From Marinosulfonomonas sp. (lineage in GTDB: Bacteria; Pseudomonadota; Alphaproteobacteria; Rhodobacterales; Rhodobacteraceae), in NCBI GenBank assembly GCA_019090885.1, contig JAHRVC010000202.1, positions 1-53,809 of the forward strand: a stretch of DNA of 53,809 nt, in the 5' to 3' direction. The notes beneath the pieces were generated by a model, which had not been told where the DNA came from, ran no database searches, and was given only the letters and a program-made list of their open reading frames with translations. The translations under genes were made by a program, and so were the position numbers. Numbering within the stretch: the first letter of the stretch is position 1; each line of letters begins with the position of its first letter. Positions 1-10,809 of the stretch are shown here, one piece after another.

Positions 1-28
1 CCGTTGTAGCAAAGAGAACCTTTTTCAT
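1..28 (-). CDS. 5' end of an unidentified gene running off the left edge (MKKVLFATT...)
   Basis: ATG at 28-26 is preceded by a GAGGGG Shine-Dalgarno-like motif (complement of 35-40). Only 9 codons are visible, so the product cannot be named. Confidence 0.3.
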
Positions 29-276
29 GGTCATCCCCTCATTTAAAATTAAAATTCATCCCAATCCAGATGAGCCAGACTGAGTATGATGTCGTTTCGC
101 ACTTACCCATGATAAAGGCAACAAAAGGGCGGATGGGTGCGACGCTTGATTGGAATTTTGGTGCAGCAATGTCACAGTGGTCTGTGCCGCCAAAGCGCTG
201 CAACCCGGTGCAAAACTTCTTGTTACCCAATGCAGGCTGATATAACTGGGAAAAAACGACCTGCGGTGGGGAAAAT

Positions 277-825
277 ATGATGAGGCAACAAAAACTCTAT
301 ACGACTGCAATTGTGGCCATTCTGACATTAATGCTGTCGGGATGCTCTGGCGGGGGTTTTTCGGGCGGGCCTTTTTCGGGTGGTTCCCTGTTTGGCGGTG
401 GTCCGCGCGCGGATTTGGATCCGGCAGCTCTTGAAAGACGGCAAGCCGCGATTGAACGCAACAAACCCAAGGTCGAAAAACGCAGCACAATCTGGGAATT
501 GTTTGAGCGTCCCGAAGACCCGAATACATCGGTAAAAGTCAGCAAGTATATTTGGGCGGCCTCGCTGGATGTCCTAAGCTTTCTTCCTGTTCAGTCCGCC
601 GACCCATTTACCGGCGTCATTGTTACCGGCTTTGGCACACCACCCGGCGGCGGGCGCGCATACCGCGCTACAATCTTTGTAAATGACCCGGCACTTGATG
701 CCCGTTCCCTTAAGGTTGCGTTACAAACCCGCAGCGGGCCAGCCAGCATCGCAACTGTTCGTGCTGTCGAAGATGCAATTCTGACCCGCGCGCGTCAGCT
801 ACGGATTGGCGACAGCCGTCTCTAG
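277..825 (+). CDS. small lipoprotein, DUF3576-like
   Basis: Signal peptide plus lipobox (LMLSGC) and a Gly-rich linker ([18 protein letters not shown]). It sits directly upstream of leuS, as remembered for this family in alphaproteobacteria. Confidence 0.7.
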   Translation: MMRQQKLYTTAIVAILTLMLSGCSGGGFSGGPFSGGSLFGGGPRADLDPAALERRQAAIERNKPKVEKRSTIWELFERPEDPNTSVKVSKYIWAASLDVLSFLPVQSADPFTGVIVTGFGTPPGGGRAYRATIFVNDPALDARSLKVALQTRSGPASIATVRAVEDAILTRARQLRIGDSRL

Positions 826-895
826 ACCGCAGACGCCGCTCGCAGTAATACAGCGCCGGGCACTGTCCGGCGTTTTCATGAATAAGGTCCAGATC

Positions 896-3439
896 ATGTC
901 CACCTACACTCCCGATCAAGTCGAAAAAAAGTGGCAAGACGTCTGGGAAAGCCAGTCAACGTTCACCGCAAAGCGCGATGAGGCGAAGCCAAAATACTAT
1001 GTGCTGGAAATGTTCCCCTATCCTTCGGGCCGGATTCACATGGGGCACGTGCGCAATTACACAATGGGCGATGTGGTGGCGCGCTACAAATCCGCGACCG
1101 GGCATAATGTTTTGCACCCAATGGGTTGGGATGCCTTTGGTATGCCCGCTGAAAATGCGGCGATGGCATCAGGTGGGCACCCCAAAGAATGGACCTATCA
1201 GAATATCGCCGACATGCGCGCGCAGATGAAACCAATGGGCTGGTCGCTGGACTGGAGCCGGGAATTTGCCACTTGCGATCCGGAATACTACGGCCAGCAG
1301 CAGGCATTGTTTATCGACTTCATGGAAAAAGGGTTGGTCTATCGCAAGAATGCGATCGTGAACTGGGACCCTGTCGACATGACGGTTCTGGCGAACGAAC
1401 AGGTGATCGACGGGCGCGGCTGGCGCTCGGACGCGCTGGTGGAACGGCGCGAGCTGACCCAGTGGTTTTTCAAAATCTCGGACTATTCCGAAGAATTGCT
1501 AAGCGCTTTGGACGGGCTGGATAACTGGCCTGCCAAGGTCAAGCTGATGCAAAGCAACTGGATCGGTAAATCGCGCGGGCTGCAATTTGGCTTTTCGCTG
1601 ATTGACGCACCGGCTGGTTTTGATGAGGTCGAGGTTTACACAACCCGCCCTGACACCCTGATGGGGGCGTCGTTTATTGGCATCTCTCCTGACCACCCTT
1701 TGGCCAAGGAACTTGAAAAAAATAGCGCTGAAGCCGCAGCATTCAATGCTGATTGCCGCAAAATGGCGACCACAGAAGAGGCGATGGAAAAGGCCGACAA
1801 GAAGGGTTTTGATACCGGGCTTCGGGTTCGCCATCCGCTCGATTCCTCTTGGGAGCTTCCGGTCTACATCGCGAATTTCATTTTGATGGACTATGGAACC
1901 GGCGCTGTTTTCGGTTGCCCGGCCCATGACCAGCGTGATTTTGATTTCGCCAAGAAATATGACCTACCGATCATTGATACCTTTGTTTCTATGGACGGCA
2001 GCCAATCGGCAAGTGACGAAGCATTTGTTCCCACAAAGAGCGAAAAGGTCCGCTGGACCAAGCAATATGCCTGGGACGAAGTGGCCACCGGCCAGCAGGC
2101 TGTTGACGCAGCAATCGCCCATTGTGAGGCCAATAATATTGGTCAGGGCGTCACCAAATTCCGCCTGCGCGACTGGGGGCTTAGCCGCCAGCGCTATTGG
2201 GGCTGCCCGATCCCGGTTGTGCATTGCGATGCCTGCGGCGTGGTTCCCGAAAACAAAGAAAACCTGCCCATCGCCCTGCCCGACGATGTAAGCTTTGATC
2301 AACCCGGCAACCCACTTGATCGCCACCCGACATGGCGCGACACACCCTGCCCGTCTTGTGGCAAGCCCGCGCGCCGCGAAACCGATACGATGGACACGTT
2401 TGTGGACAGCTCATGGTATTTTGCCCGATTCACAGCACCGCACTCCAAGACCCCGACGAACGCGGCCGACGCGGATTACTGGATGAACGTTGACCAGTAT
2501 ATCGGTGGCGTTGAACACGCGATTTTGCACCTGCTCTATTCGCGGTTTTTCAGCCGTGCGATGCACATTTGCGGTCATTTGCCAGAAAAGGCGATCGAGC
2601 CGTTTGATGCGCTTTTCACCCAAGGCATGGTCACGCATGAGATTTACCAGACCCGCGACGACAGCGGGCGCCCCGTTTATCATCTGCCTGAGGAAATCGA
2701 GAACGGCAAAGTGAAATCCAGCGGCGAAACAGCCGAGATTATCCCGTCCGCCAAAATGTCCAAGTCCAAACGGAACGTTGTCGACCCGGTCGATATTGTT
2801 CGCAGTTTTGGCGCCGACACGGCCCGTTGGTTTGTGTTGTCCGATTCGCCTCCGGAACGGGACGTGGAATGGACAGCCTCTGGCGCGGAAGCCGCGTTCA
2901 AGCACTTATCGCGGGTCTGGCGGCTGGCAACTGACATCGCCGTGGCATCGGGTGAAGGCAGCGGTGATCTGGAACTGACACGCGCAATGCACAAAACCAT
3001 CCACGACGTGACGATGGGCGTAGAGACCTTTGGCTTTAACGCCGCTATTGCCCACCTATACGCGTTCACCAACGTGCTGAATAAATCGCGCGCATCCGCC
3101 GAAACCAAGCTGGACGCGATGCGAACCCTTGCGCAATTAATGAACCCGGTCACGCCGCATTTTTGCGAAGAAGTCTGGGAAATGCTGGGCGGTGAGGGGC
3201 TGATAGCCGACGCGCCATGGCCAGTTGCAGACCCGGCGATGTTGGTCGAAGACCAAGTGACGCTGCCCATTCAGGTGAACGGCAAACGACGCTCGGAAAT
3301 CACCGTGGCGAAAGATTTGCCAAAAGAAGAGGTTGAAAAACTGGCACTGGCCGACAAAGCTGTGCAAAAGGCGCTGAACGGTAGCGCGCCGAAAAAACTG
3401 ATCGTAGTGCCGGGTCGGATTGTGAATGTCGTTATTTAA
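896..3439 (+). CDS. leuS: leucine--tRNA ligase
   Basis: Class-I aaRS motifs HMGH ([13 protein letters not shown]) and KMSKS ([12 protein letters not shown]). The N-terminus [17 protein letters not shown] is typical of LeuS. The ORF-track start at 806 overlaps the upstream gene and is judged a 5' extension. Confidence 0.96.
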   Translation: MSTYTPDQVEKKWQDVWESQSTFTAKRDEAKPKYYVLEMFPYPSGRIHMGHVRNYTMGDVVARYKSATGHNVLHPMGWDAFGMPAENAAMASGGHPKEWTYQNIADMRAQMKPMGWSLDWSREFATCDPEYYGQQQALFIDFMEKGLVYRKNAIVNWDPVDMTVLANEQVIDGRGWRSDALVERRELTQWFFKISDYSEELLSALDGLDNWPAKVKLMQSNWIGKSRGLQFGFSLIDAPAGFDEVEVYTTRPDTLMGASFIGISPDHPLAKELEKNSAEAAAFNADCRKMATTEEAMEKADKKGFDTGLRVRHPLDSSWELPVYIANFILMDYGTGAVFGCPAHDQRDFDFAKKYDLPIIDTFVSMDGSQSASDEAFVPTKSEKVRWTKQYAWDEVATGQQAVDAAIAHCEANNIGQGVTKFRLRDWGLSRQRYWGCPIPVVHCDACGVVPENKENLPIALPDDVSFDQPGNPLDRHPTWRDTPCPSCGKPARRETDTMDTFVDSSWYFARFTAPHSKTPTNAADADYWMNVDQYIGGVEHAILHLLYSRFFSRAMHICGHLPEKAIEPFDALFTQGMVTHEIYQTRDDSGRPVYHLPEEIENGKVKSSGETAEIIPSAKMSKSKRNVVDPVDIVRSFGADTARWFVLSDSPPERDVEWTASGAEAAFKHLSRVWRLATDIAVASGEGSGDLELTRAMHKTIHDVTMGVETFGFNAAIAHLYAFTNVLNKSRASAETKLDAMRTLAQLMNPVTPHFCEEVWEMLGGEGLIADAPWPVADPAMLVEDQVTLPIQVNGKRRSEITVAKDLPKEEVEKLALADKAVQKALNGSAPKKLIVVPGRIVNVVI

Positions 3440-3953
3440 GCCAAATCGCAGATTACTGATGCTGGCGCTTATTGCGCTGGCTGGCTGTGGCTATACCCCA
3501 GCGTTTGCACCATCCGGCCCTGCGGCGAACCTGCCGATCCAGATCAGTGTTGACGCTCCGGACAACCGCAATGAGTTTTTGTTCGTGCAACAGCTTGAAA
3601 AACGCGTTGGCCGCCCGATCCAGCCGCTCTACCGATTGTCTTACAAAATCGACACAACGCTGGACGGCATTGGCGTCACGCCGCGTCAGGAAATCTTTCG
3701 AAATAGTATTGTCGGCAAGGCAACCTTTAGTGTGATTGACACCTCGACAGACCAAATCATTACCCGCGGCAGCGTGGATACGTTTACCAGTTATACCGTG
3801 GCCTCGGTCGACCCATCAGCAATACCGCCAAGCACGAACGCAACGATTTCCAGTGACTCCGCCAAGCGGGATGCCTATGCGCGGCTGATGGTTATTCTTG
3901 CCGATAAGTTGGTTACCCGGCTGATCGTAACCGCCGGAACCTGGAGCAAATGA
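3426..3953 (+). CDS. lptE: LPS-assembly lipoprotein LptE (RlpB-like)
   Basis: Signal peptide with lipobox LAGC. It occupies the conserved leuS-lptE-holA position and overlaps the leuS stop by 14 nt. Confidence 0.75.
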   Translation: MSLFKPNRRLLMLALIALAGCGYTPAFAPSGPAANLPIQISVDAPDNRNEFLFVQQLEKRVGRPIQPLYRLSYKIDTTLDGIGVTPRQEIFRNSIVGKATFSVIDTSTDQIITRGSVDTFTSYTVASVDPSAIPPSTNATISSDSAKRDAYARLMVILADKLVTRLIVTAGTWSK

Positions 3954-4972
3954 AACTATCGCCGCGCGATGCAGGCGGCTATTTCGCCCGGCCTGACGCG
4001 GGTAGAACCGGGATTTTGATCTATGGGGTGGACGCAATGCGCGTTGCCCTGAAACGGCAGCAATTAATTGCATCTCTAATCGGGCCAGAGGGCGAAGAAG
4101 AAATGCGGCTGTCACGCATTCCAGCCTCGGATCTGCGCAAAGACCCGGCAGCGCTGGACGCTGCGGTTAAGTCCCAAGGCTTCTTTCCCGGTGCTCGTGT
4201 CGCCTTTGTCGAAGGCGCCACAGAAGCGACAGCAAAAACCCTGACTGCCGCGCTGGCCGACTGGCAGCCGGGCGATGCCCAGATCGTGGTCACTGCAGGA
4301 TCGCTGAATGCGCGTTCGGGGCTGCGTAAACTATTCGAAGCCCACAAAAATGCTTACGCCGTCGGTATCTATGATGATCCACCAAGCCGACAGGAAATCG
4401 AAGCCGAACTAAGCAAAGCCGGGCTTTCAAATATTGATTCGGCTGCCATGCAGGATATTCACGGATTGGCACGCATGCTTGATCCGGGCGATTTTCGCCA
4501 AACGATCGAAAAGCTATCGCTGTTCAAACTGGGCGACGCGACCCCCGTCAGCAGCCAAGATATTCTTGCGTGCAGCCCAGCCACAATAGAAGCCGCGCTG
4601 GACGATGTTCTGAACTGTGTCGCCGAGGCAAAAGAAGATCAGATCGGCCCGATTATGCGCACGCTTGGCGCACAAGGCATTCAAGCTGTTGGCCTGTGTA
4701 TCGGGGCCACACGTCATTTTCGCGTCCTGCACGCTGCAGCGTCTGATCCGGCTGGTGCGGCTGCGGGCATTGGCCGGGTTCGGCCGCCCGTTTTTGGCCC
4801 CAGACGCGATCGGATGAGCCGACAGGCCCAAGACTGGGGCCTGCGAAAGCTTGAGGTTGCCTTGCAAATGCTCACCGAAACCGACCTGACGCTGCGCTCG
4901 ACATCGCGCGCACCGCAGATGGCAGTCATCGAGCGCACGTTGATTCGATTGGCGATGCTGGGCAAACGTTAG
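3950..4972 (+). CDS. holA: DNA polymerase III delta subunit
   Basis: 340 aa with an ATGA start/stop overlap with lptE. It sits in the conserved position after lptE. Family recognition by eye is moderate. Confidence 0.8.
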   Translation: MKLSPRDAGGYFARPDAGRTGILIYGVDAMRVALKRQQLIASLIGPEGEEEMRLSRIPASDLRKDPAALDAAVKSQGFFPGARVAFVEGATEATAKTLTAALADWQPGDAQIVVTAGSLNARSGLRKLFEAHKNAYAVGIYDDPPSRQEIEAELSKAGLSNIDSAAMQDIHGLARMLDPGDFRQTIEKLSLFKLGDATPVSSQDILACSPATIEAALDDVLNCVAEAKEDQIGPIMRTLGAQGIQAVGLCIGATRHFRVLHAAASDPAGAAAGIGRVRPPVFGPRRDRMSRQAQDWGLRKLEVALQMLTETDLTLRSTSRAPQMAVIERTLIRLAMLGKR

Positions 4973-4977
4973 GACGC

Positions 4978-6192
4978 TCAGGCGTCGCTATTTGCGATCC
5001 ACTCGGCTGCCGATTTACCGGCCCACCGCCCCGTCGCCAGACATGCGGAAATAAGGTAGCCGCCTGTCGGGGCCTCCCAGTCCAGCATCTCTCCGGCGAC
5101 AAAAACACCGGGGATTTCTTTAAGCATTAACCCATCTGTCACAGCGGCTTCTGCGACGCCGCCCGCCACCGAAATCGCCTCATCAATCGGACGCAGACCA
5201 CTATGGCGTATTGGCAGATTCTTAATTGTCGCGGGCAGATTTTCATTCTCATTCAACGGCCCGCCAAATTCCATCAATAGCGCGATCTTGACCGGGTTCA
5301 GCCGCAAAACCCGGCGCAGATAATTCGGCCACGTCAGCTTGCCGCGCGGCTTCCCAAGCGCCTGTGCAACCCGATCCAACGGCCAGTCCGGCATCAGGTC
5401 GACCGATACAGTTGCACCCTCACGAACAGCTTTTGACAGCGCGTAAATGCCGCCGCCTTCCAACCCGCGATTGGAGATCACAAACTCGCCACGTGTCCGG
5501 CAATTGCCCGCCTGCAATGCGACGCCCTTTACCGGGCTGGCAAAATACCGGTGCATGTGGGGCGACCAGTTGACACTAAGACCGGCGTTTGCTGGTGCGA
5601 ACTTCGTTAATTCAACCCCGCGTGGTTTAAGCTGATCGACCCATTTTCCATCCGAGCCAAGGCGCGACCAACTGGCCCCACCAAGCGCCAGAATGGTTAC
5701 ATCCGGGGTCATCTGTTTTTGCCCATTAGGCGTATCAAAAACAACAGCATCACCCTGCCAGCCAAGCCATTTCCACCGGGTTTGAAACTGAACGCCAGCA
5801 TCCCCAAGGCGGCGTAGCCAACTGCGTAGTAGCGGCGAGGCCTTCATCGCTTTTGGAAACACCCGCCCGGAACTGCCGGTGAATACCTCTTGCCCCAGAT
5901 CGTGCGCCCAGTCCTGCACTGCCGTCCCGTCAAATCCCCTGATCATTGGCAGCAGCCACGGGGCCTGTTCCTCATATCTGGACATAAACAGATCGAAATC
6001 TTCGTCCTTGGTCAGGTTCAGCCCGGATCGCCCCGCCATCAGGAATTTCCGCCCAACGGTTGGCATTGCGTCGGCAACCACAACGCGCAAACCTGCCTGC
6101 GTAAGCATTTCCGCGGCCATCAACCCAGCTGGGCCGCCGCCGATAATCAGTGCTTGTTTCGGCTCTGGCCGGTCTGGTTCTGGGTTTGCCAT
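4978..6192 (-). CDS. NAD(P)/FAD-dependent oxidoreductase (HI0933/BaiN-like flavoprotein)
   Basis: N-terminal dinucleotide fold LIIGGGPAGLMAAE and a C-terminal GVFVAGEMLDWEAPTGGY motif typical of the HI0933-like family. Confidence 0.8.
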   Translation of the reverse strand: MANPEPDRPEPKQALIIGGGPAGLMAAEMLTQAGLRVVVADAMPTVGRKFLMAGRSGLNLTKDEDFDLFMSRYEEQAPWLLPMIRGFDGTAVQDWAHDLGQEVFTGSSGRVFPKAMKASPLLRSWLRRLGDAGVQFQTRWKWLGWQGDAVVFDTPNGQKQMTPDVTILALGGASWSRLGSDGKWVDQLKPRGVELTKFAPANAGLSVNWSPHMHRYFASPVKGVALQAGNCRTRGEFVISNRGLEGGGIYALSKAVREGATVSVDLMPDWPLDRVAQALGKPRGKLTWPNYLRRVLRLNPVKIALLMEFGGPLNENENLPATIKNLPIRHSGLRPIDEAISVAGGVAEAAVTDGLMLKEIPGVFVAGEMLDWEAPTGGYLISACLATGRWAGKSAAEWIANSDA

Positions 6193-6196
6193 CAGA

Positions 6197-6970
6197 TCAC
6201 TTCAAACGGGAAATCAGGCCAGAATGGACTGCCGCGGTCCCGGCCAGAATTCCCGGCAATTTCGGAACTGCATTGTTGAAAACTGGCGCGCCGCCGACCT
6301 TGTCCGTCACATACGCCCCGGCCTCCGATGCGATCAGCGCGCCCGCTGCAACATCCCATTCCCAAGTGTCGCGCAAGGTCATCATCGCATCAAACCGACC
6401 CTCCGCAACAAGGGCCAAACGATAGGCCAGCGACGGGCGGAAATGGCGCTTAACCGAAGGCACATCGCCCTGCCAGTATTGGGGCAGTAAACTGCCCTTG
6501 GCTGACAATAGCGATGCGCCGTCAATATGCTTCTGATCGGATTTCTCAATCGCCTTCCCGTTCAGCGATGCACCACCGCCGATGCTGGCAGTGTAGAGCT
6601 TATCCAGCAATGGAAGGTAAACGACGGCAGCGGTTACTTGGCCATTTTGCGAGATTGCCAGCGAATGCGCCCAGGTTTTTTCGCCCGCAATAAAAGATCT
6701 TGTGCCGTCAATCGGGTCGATGATCAGCACCTTTTCACGATCCAGGCGCGCCGCACTATCTTCGGATTCTTCGGACAGCCAGCCATAGTCTGGCCGCGCA
6801 CCTGCAAGCTGGTCATGCAGCAATTCGTTCACGGCCAAATCGGCCTCCGTGACCGGACCTGCGTCATCGCCCTTTTCCCACACTTCGGGTGACTTGTTCC
6901 AAAAGGAACTGGCAACATCGCCCGCCGCCACAGCAGCGTCGATCAGAAGCTGAAGATCATTCTCCGGCAA
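6197..6970 (-). CDS. inositol monophosphatase family protein (CysQ/SuhB-like)
   Basis: IMPase motifs WLSEESED, IIDPIDGTRSF and WEWDVAAG. Confidence 0.82.
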   Translation of the reverse strand: MPENDLQLLIDAAVAAGDVASSFWNKSPEVWEKGDDAGPVTEADLAVNELLHDQLAGARPDYGWLSEESEDSAARLDREKVLIIDPIDGTRSFIAGEKTWAHSLAISQNGQVTAAVVYLPLLDKLYTASIGGGASLNGKAIEKSDQKHIDGASLLSAKGSLLPQYWQGDVPSVKRHFRPSLAYRLALVAEGRFDAMMTLRDTWEWDVAAGALIASEAGAYVTDKVGGAPVFNNAVPKLPGILAGTAAVHSGLISRLK

Positions 6971-8303
6971 TTGTCAGACCGGAAACAAGCAGGGACGGAA
7001 CGACCCGCGACAGGTGCATTCGCGCATCATTGGCGGGCACAATCGACATCAGCATATCGCGCAAATTCCCAGCGATCGTGCATTCATTGACGGGATAGGC
7101 GATTTCCCCGCTTTCGATCCAGAACCCGGCTGCACCGCGCGAATAGTCGCCGGTCGTCGGATTGATTGAAGACCCGATCATCGACGTGACCAACAGCCCG
7201 GTGCCCATATCGCGCAACAGAGCTTGGTGGCTGTGCGCACCTTGTGTCAGTTCCACGTTGCTGATCGACGGCGACGGCGGAGATGAGGTTCCGCGTGCTG
7301 CATTTGCAGTCGATGCCATTCCCAGTTTGCGACCCGTTGACAGATCCAGTGTCCAGCCTGTCAGCACGCCGTCCTTCACAACGGAACGGCCATTGGTTGG
7401 CAAGCCCTCGCCATCAAACATCCGCGAGCCTGAAATACGTGGGCGATGCGGGTTTTCAACAACGGATAACCCCGTGGGCAAAACCTGTTGCCCCAGCAAG
7501 TCGCGTGCCCATGACGCGCCGCGAACAATCGAGCTGCCATTGATTGCTGCCAACAGATGACCGATCAGAGACGACGCGACACGTTCATCAAACAGCACCG
7601 GGAACGCGCCAGTTTTGGGCTTGCGCGCACCTGCACGTGCCACCGTGCGTTCCGCAGCAATCCGCCCGATATCTTCCGGGCTTGGCACATCAGCCTGAAA
7701 CACCCGGGATTCACCGCAATAGTCGCGCTCCATCCCGGTTCCTTCACCGGTAATGGCCACGCAGGACAGCGCCCGGTTAGTGCGGCCATAGCCAGCTGCA
7801 AAACCATTTGAGGCGGCCAGGAATATCTGGTCGCGCCCGTAACCCGCCGATGTCGCCTGAACCTGACTGACGCCCACATGATCTGCTGCGGCTGCCTCGG
7901 CCCGGCGGGCGTGATCCTCTAGCTCGTCCGGTGCCGGTTCGGGCGCGGGATCATTAAGCTCAAGCGCGGAACTGTCGGTGTCCCGGGCAAGCTGGGACGG
8001 ATCGGCAAGGCCAACGGTATCGTCCTCTGGTGCTTCACGCGCCATCGCGACCGCGCGCTCTGCCATGGTTGTGATTGTATCGGCCCGCGTGTCAGAGGCT
8101 GACACACATGCCTGACGCTGGCCGACCAGAACCCGCAGGCCAATCTCGACACCCTCGGCGCGTTCCGCATGTTCAAGTTTTCCACCCAGCACGTCGATAG
8201 ACAGGGACGTGCCCTTGACCGCCAATGCATCCGCTTTGTCCGCACCGGCTTTGGTGGCGGCAGATAGTAATGCGTCGGTAAGTTCGGAAAGTTTCTGGCT
8301 CAT
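6957..8303 (-). CDS. pmbA: TldD/PmbA family metalloprotease
   Basis: About 448 aa with PmbA/TldD-like sequence throughout. The start is moved to the ATG (MSQKLSELTD) because the GTG extension to 8387 would run through a strong terminator hairpin. Confidence 0.82.
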   Translation of the reverse strand: MSQKLSELTDALLSAATKAGADKADALAVKGTSLSIDVLGGKLEHAERAEGVEIGLRVLVGQRQACVSASDTRADTITTMAERAVAMAREAPEDDTVGLADPSQLARDTDSSALELNDPAPEPAPDELEDHARRAEAAAADHVGVSQVQATSAGYGRDQIFLAASNGFAAGYGRTNRALSCVAITGEGTGMERDYCGESRVFQADVPSPEDIGRIAAERTVARAGARKPKTGAFPVLFDERVASSLIGHLLAAINGSSIVRGASWARDLLGQQVLPTGLSVVENPHRPRISGSRMFDGEGLPTNGRSVVKDGVLTGWTLDLSTGRKLGMASTANAARGTSSPPSPSISNVELTQGAHSHQALLRDMGTGLLVTSMIGSSINPTTGDYSRGAAGFWIESGEIAYPVNECTIAGNLRDMLMSIVPANDARMHLSRVVPSLLVSGLTIAGE

Positions 8304-8372
8304 GGATTTGCCCTTTTGTTGCCAGACACGTAGTCCGACCCCAAAGGCTGTGCAAGTCTGTGGCGCAAAAGA

Positions 8373-8400
8373 AGGCCGCGCAAACACGGTTGCGCGGCCT
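8373..8400 (-). terminator. Rho-independent terminator downstream of the 503-aa gene
   Basis: Perfect 11-bp inverted repeat AGGCCGCGCAA/TTGCGCGGCCT with a 6-nt loop. On the minus strand it is followed by TCTTTTG. Confidence 0.6.
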
Positions 8401-8416
8401 AAATATCATCGAGTTT

Positions 8417-9928
8417 TTATTTAAGCTGCTGACCGTTGGCGAAAACCGAACCATCACCTTTGACTTCAATTTTCGAAGTCCATGTATCTTCGCCCTGACC
8501 CGGACGCGCAAACAGACCCATCATCATCCGCGCGCCCATCGCCTGTTCTTGTGGCAAAAGGCCCATTTTAACGAGCGTGTCCATCAGCCCGTTGATACCG
8601 GATAGATCAAGATCAATCGCGCCGGTTGGTGCCGGCATCCCGCCAAATGTTTCAAGGTCGGAATTGTCGAATACAAACTGCCCGGTTCCTTTCGCTTCTG
8701 CGCCGACAACCGAAATCGTCAAATCGTTAAGCGATAGTTCATAAAGTTCCGCGGGCATTTCGCCTTCAAACTTTTCTGCAAACTCCGGGTCAGAGATATC
8801 AACCAACCAGTTCATCTGGCCGCCAATATCAAAAATCACGGTGGCCGGATCGTGGGGCAGCGCACCTGTGGGGTCAACCATCCCCCAGATCATGTCGCTG
8901 ACTTCCAGTCCGATCATTTCGATCAGAAACCCAAACTCCGAAGGTTCATCCGATGGCGTCATTGGCATCAAAAGGTTGAAACCTGTTTCGGCCAGACCAA
9001 GCGTGATTTCCGGAATTGGCAACTGCGGTGATTTCAGACGGTAGTTCGTATCTTTTGCCGATCCACCATATTGGATAGAGCCATCTTTAAGTGCAATATT
9101 AAGTGCCGACGCGGATGACGTTCCATCTGCTGAAAAACTGTCGTTTCTGTCGGCAAAACTCATCGAGTAATTTGAGGCGCCAGCTTTAAAACCGCCCTCA
9201 ACCATCATTTCTTTGCTGTAAAACGTGGTCGGGTCTTCCATACTAAAATCAGGGGGAAATGATGCAGTTGAGCTACTGCTGACATCTTGGACGGTGCCTG
9301 ACATGTCCACCTGCCCGCCACTTTCTGGGTCAGCAAATTTCATCGCAAAATCCATTGCCGCCGCTGTCATTTGACTTGTGAGTGTATTCAGCTCGCCCTC
9401 TGACGACGCATACTGACCATCAACATCGCGCAGGGACAATTCGAATTCACCGTCAAGCTCTTCGCCATCGACGATAAACTTTTCGATCGCCATGCCTATT
9501 TCTGACGACACGTAGTCATAGGTGATATCGCCATCGCTGCCGGACGCCACTATGCTGGTTCCAGTTTGGCGAAGCATTATTGCCATATCAAGGGCTTCGC
9601 CAGAATCCGGCTCGGCTGACATGGTAAACGGAAAGTCTGGCGACATGGTAATCGCGACAGTCCCGTCGCCACGTTCACGCATTTCCAGAAATTCGAGCGT
9701 GCCCGCAACAGCACCTTCGGAAAATTCTGAACTAAATGTCACATCGTTCAGTGTCAGTGTGTCGCCGCGGGTCTTTTCTGAGCCAACGGTCACCGTTTGC
9801 CCAAATGTTTCTGCGTATGTCTTCCAGTTGTCCCAAACTTCATTTGCAGTGACATCGGCCAGTGCCATTCCTGGCACCATAAAAAGCGCGGCCGCGCTGG
9901 CCAACGATCTGGAAATTGAATTTTGCAT
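8417..9928 (-). CDS. secreted acidic protein of unknown function (possibly DUF2125-type)
   Basis: 503 aa with an N-terminal signal peptide (AALFMVPGMALA), a D/E/S/T-rich composition and no recognisable catalytic motif. The family name comes from memory only. Confidence 0.6.
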   Translation of the reverse strand: MQNSISRSLASAAALFMVPGMALADVTANEVWDNWKTYAETFGQTVTVGSEKTRGDTLTLNDVTFSSEFSEGAVAGTLEFLEMRERGDGTVAITMSPDFPFTMSAEPDSGEALDMAIMLRQTGTSIVASGSDGDITYDYVSSEIGMAIEKFIVDGEELDGEFELSLRDVDGQYASSEGELNTLTSQMTAAAMDFAMKFADPESGGQVDMSGTVQDVSSSSTASFPPDFSMEDPTTFYSKEMMVEGGFKAGASNYSMSFADRNDSFSADGTSSASALNIALKDGSIQYGGSAKDTNYRLKSPQLPIPEITLGLAETGFNLLMPMTPSDEPSEFGFLIEMIGLEVSDMIWGMVDPTGALPHDPATVIFDIGGQMNWLVDISDPEFAEKFEGEMPAELYELSLNDLTISVVGAEAKGTGQFVFDNSDLETFGGMPAPTGAIDLDLSGINGLMDTLVKMGLLPQEQAMGARMMMGLFARPGQGEDTWTSKIEVKGDGSVFANGQQLK

Positions 9929-10111
9929 AACTGGTCCTCTGTTTTACTATCCGTGGTCAGCATCCTTCTTCTATTTGATTTGGTCAAGATTAGGGCATCT
10001 CGACATTATTTATCCGGTTAGCCCCGCTTACACCCCAAAAACGGTTATCTGGTTGAAAACCCGGCTATAAATCCGGTAATTGGTCAAAATAGTGCATTTC
10101 AGGGGCCGCCA

Positions 10112-10738
10112 ATGATTGAAGTTTCACAGAACGGACACGTCCGGCGCATCACGCTTAACCGACCGGAAAAGGCAAACTCGCTGACTGCGGAAATGCTGGG
10201 TCAACTGATCGACGCAGTTGGTAAAACCGGAGCCGAGACAAAGGTGCTGGTCATCACCGGGCGCGGAAAGGTATTCAGTGCGGGCGCAAACCTTGAAGAA
10301 GCCAAAAAGGGCCTGGCCACCAGCGATCTTTGGGAAACGCTGTCGGGTGCGGTTGCCGCCTTACCTTGCATGACAATTGCCGCATTGAACGGAACGTTGG
10401 CAGGTGGTGCGTTTGGCATGGCGCTGGCCTGTGACATCAGGATCGCCGTTCCGAATGCGAAATTCTTTTACCCGGTTATAAAACTTGGGTTTCTTCCCCG
10501 CCCCTCTGATCCGCTGCGCCTTTCAGCCCTTATAGGCCCCTCACGCGCAAAGATGATCCTTGTCGCAAGTCAGAAAATTGGCAGCGCCGAAGCACTGTCG
10601 TGGGGTTTGATCGATCGCATCGTCGAGCCTGAGGATATGGAAATAGAAATCGCAACGCTCAGTCAGGCCCCGCTGAACGCCGAACTACAGCAGATATCTG
10701 GGATTAAACGTACAATACCGGATACAACCCACCGCTAG
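10112..10738 (+). CDS. short crotonase-fold (enoyl-CoA hydratase/isomerase family) protein
   Basis: Crotonase core (RITLNRPEKANSL, VFSAGANL, GGAFGMALACD). It is only 208 aa, and both catalytic Glu positions are substituted. Confidence 0.75.
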   Translation: MIEVSQNGHVRRITLNRPEKANSLTAEMLGQLIDAVGKTGAETKVLVITGRGKVFSAGANLEEAKKGLATSDLWETLSGAVAALPCMTIAALNGTLAGGAFGMALACDIRIAVPNAKFFYPVIKLGFLPRPSDPLRLSALIGPSRAKMILVASQKIGSAEALSWGLIDRIVEPEDMEIEIATLSQAPLNAELQQISGIKRTIPDTTHR

Positions 10739-10809
10739 TCATGGCTTGCTGAAACTGCGAAAAATGACGTAGATTACAATGATAACAACGATCCAATTTC
10801 GGAGGAATT

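Noticed and set aside
806-895. 5' extensions of ORF-track calls: leuS from 806, pmbA to 8387, rnhB to 18766, dctP to 46685 and the TAXI permease from 32434.
   Set aside because: The extensions overlap upstream genes or terminator hairpins, or run through AT-rich leader. Internal ATGs give canonical N-termini or signal peptides with better Shine-Dalgarno spacing.
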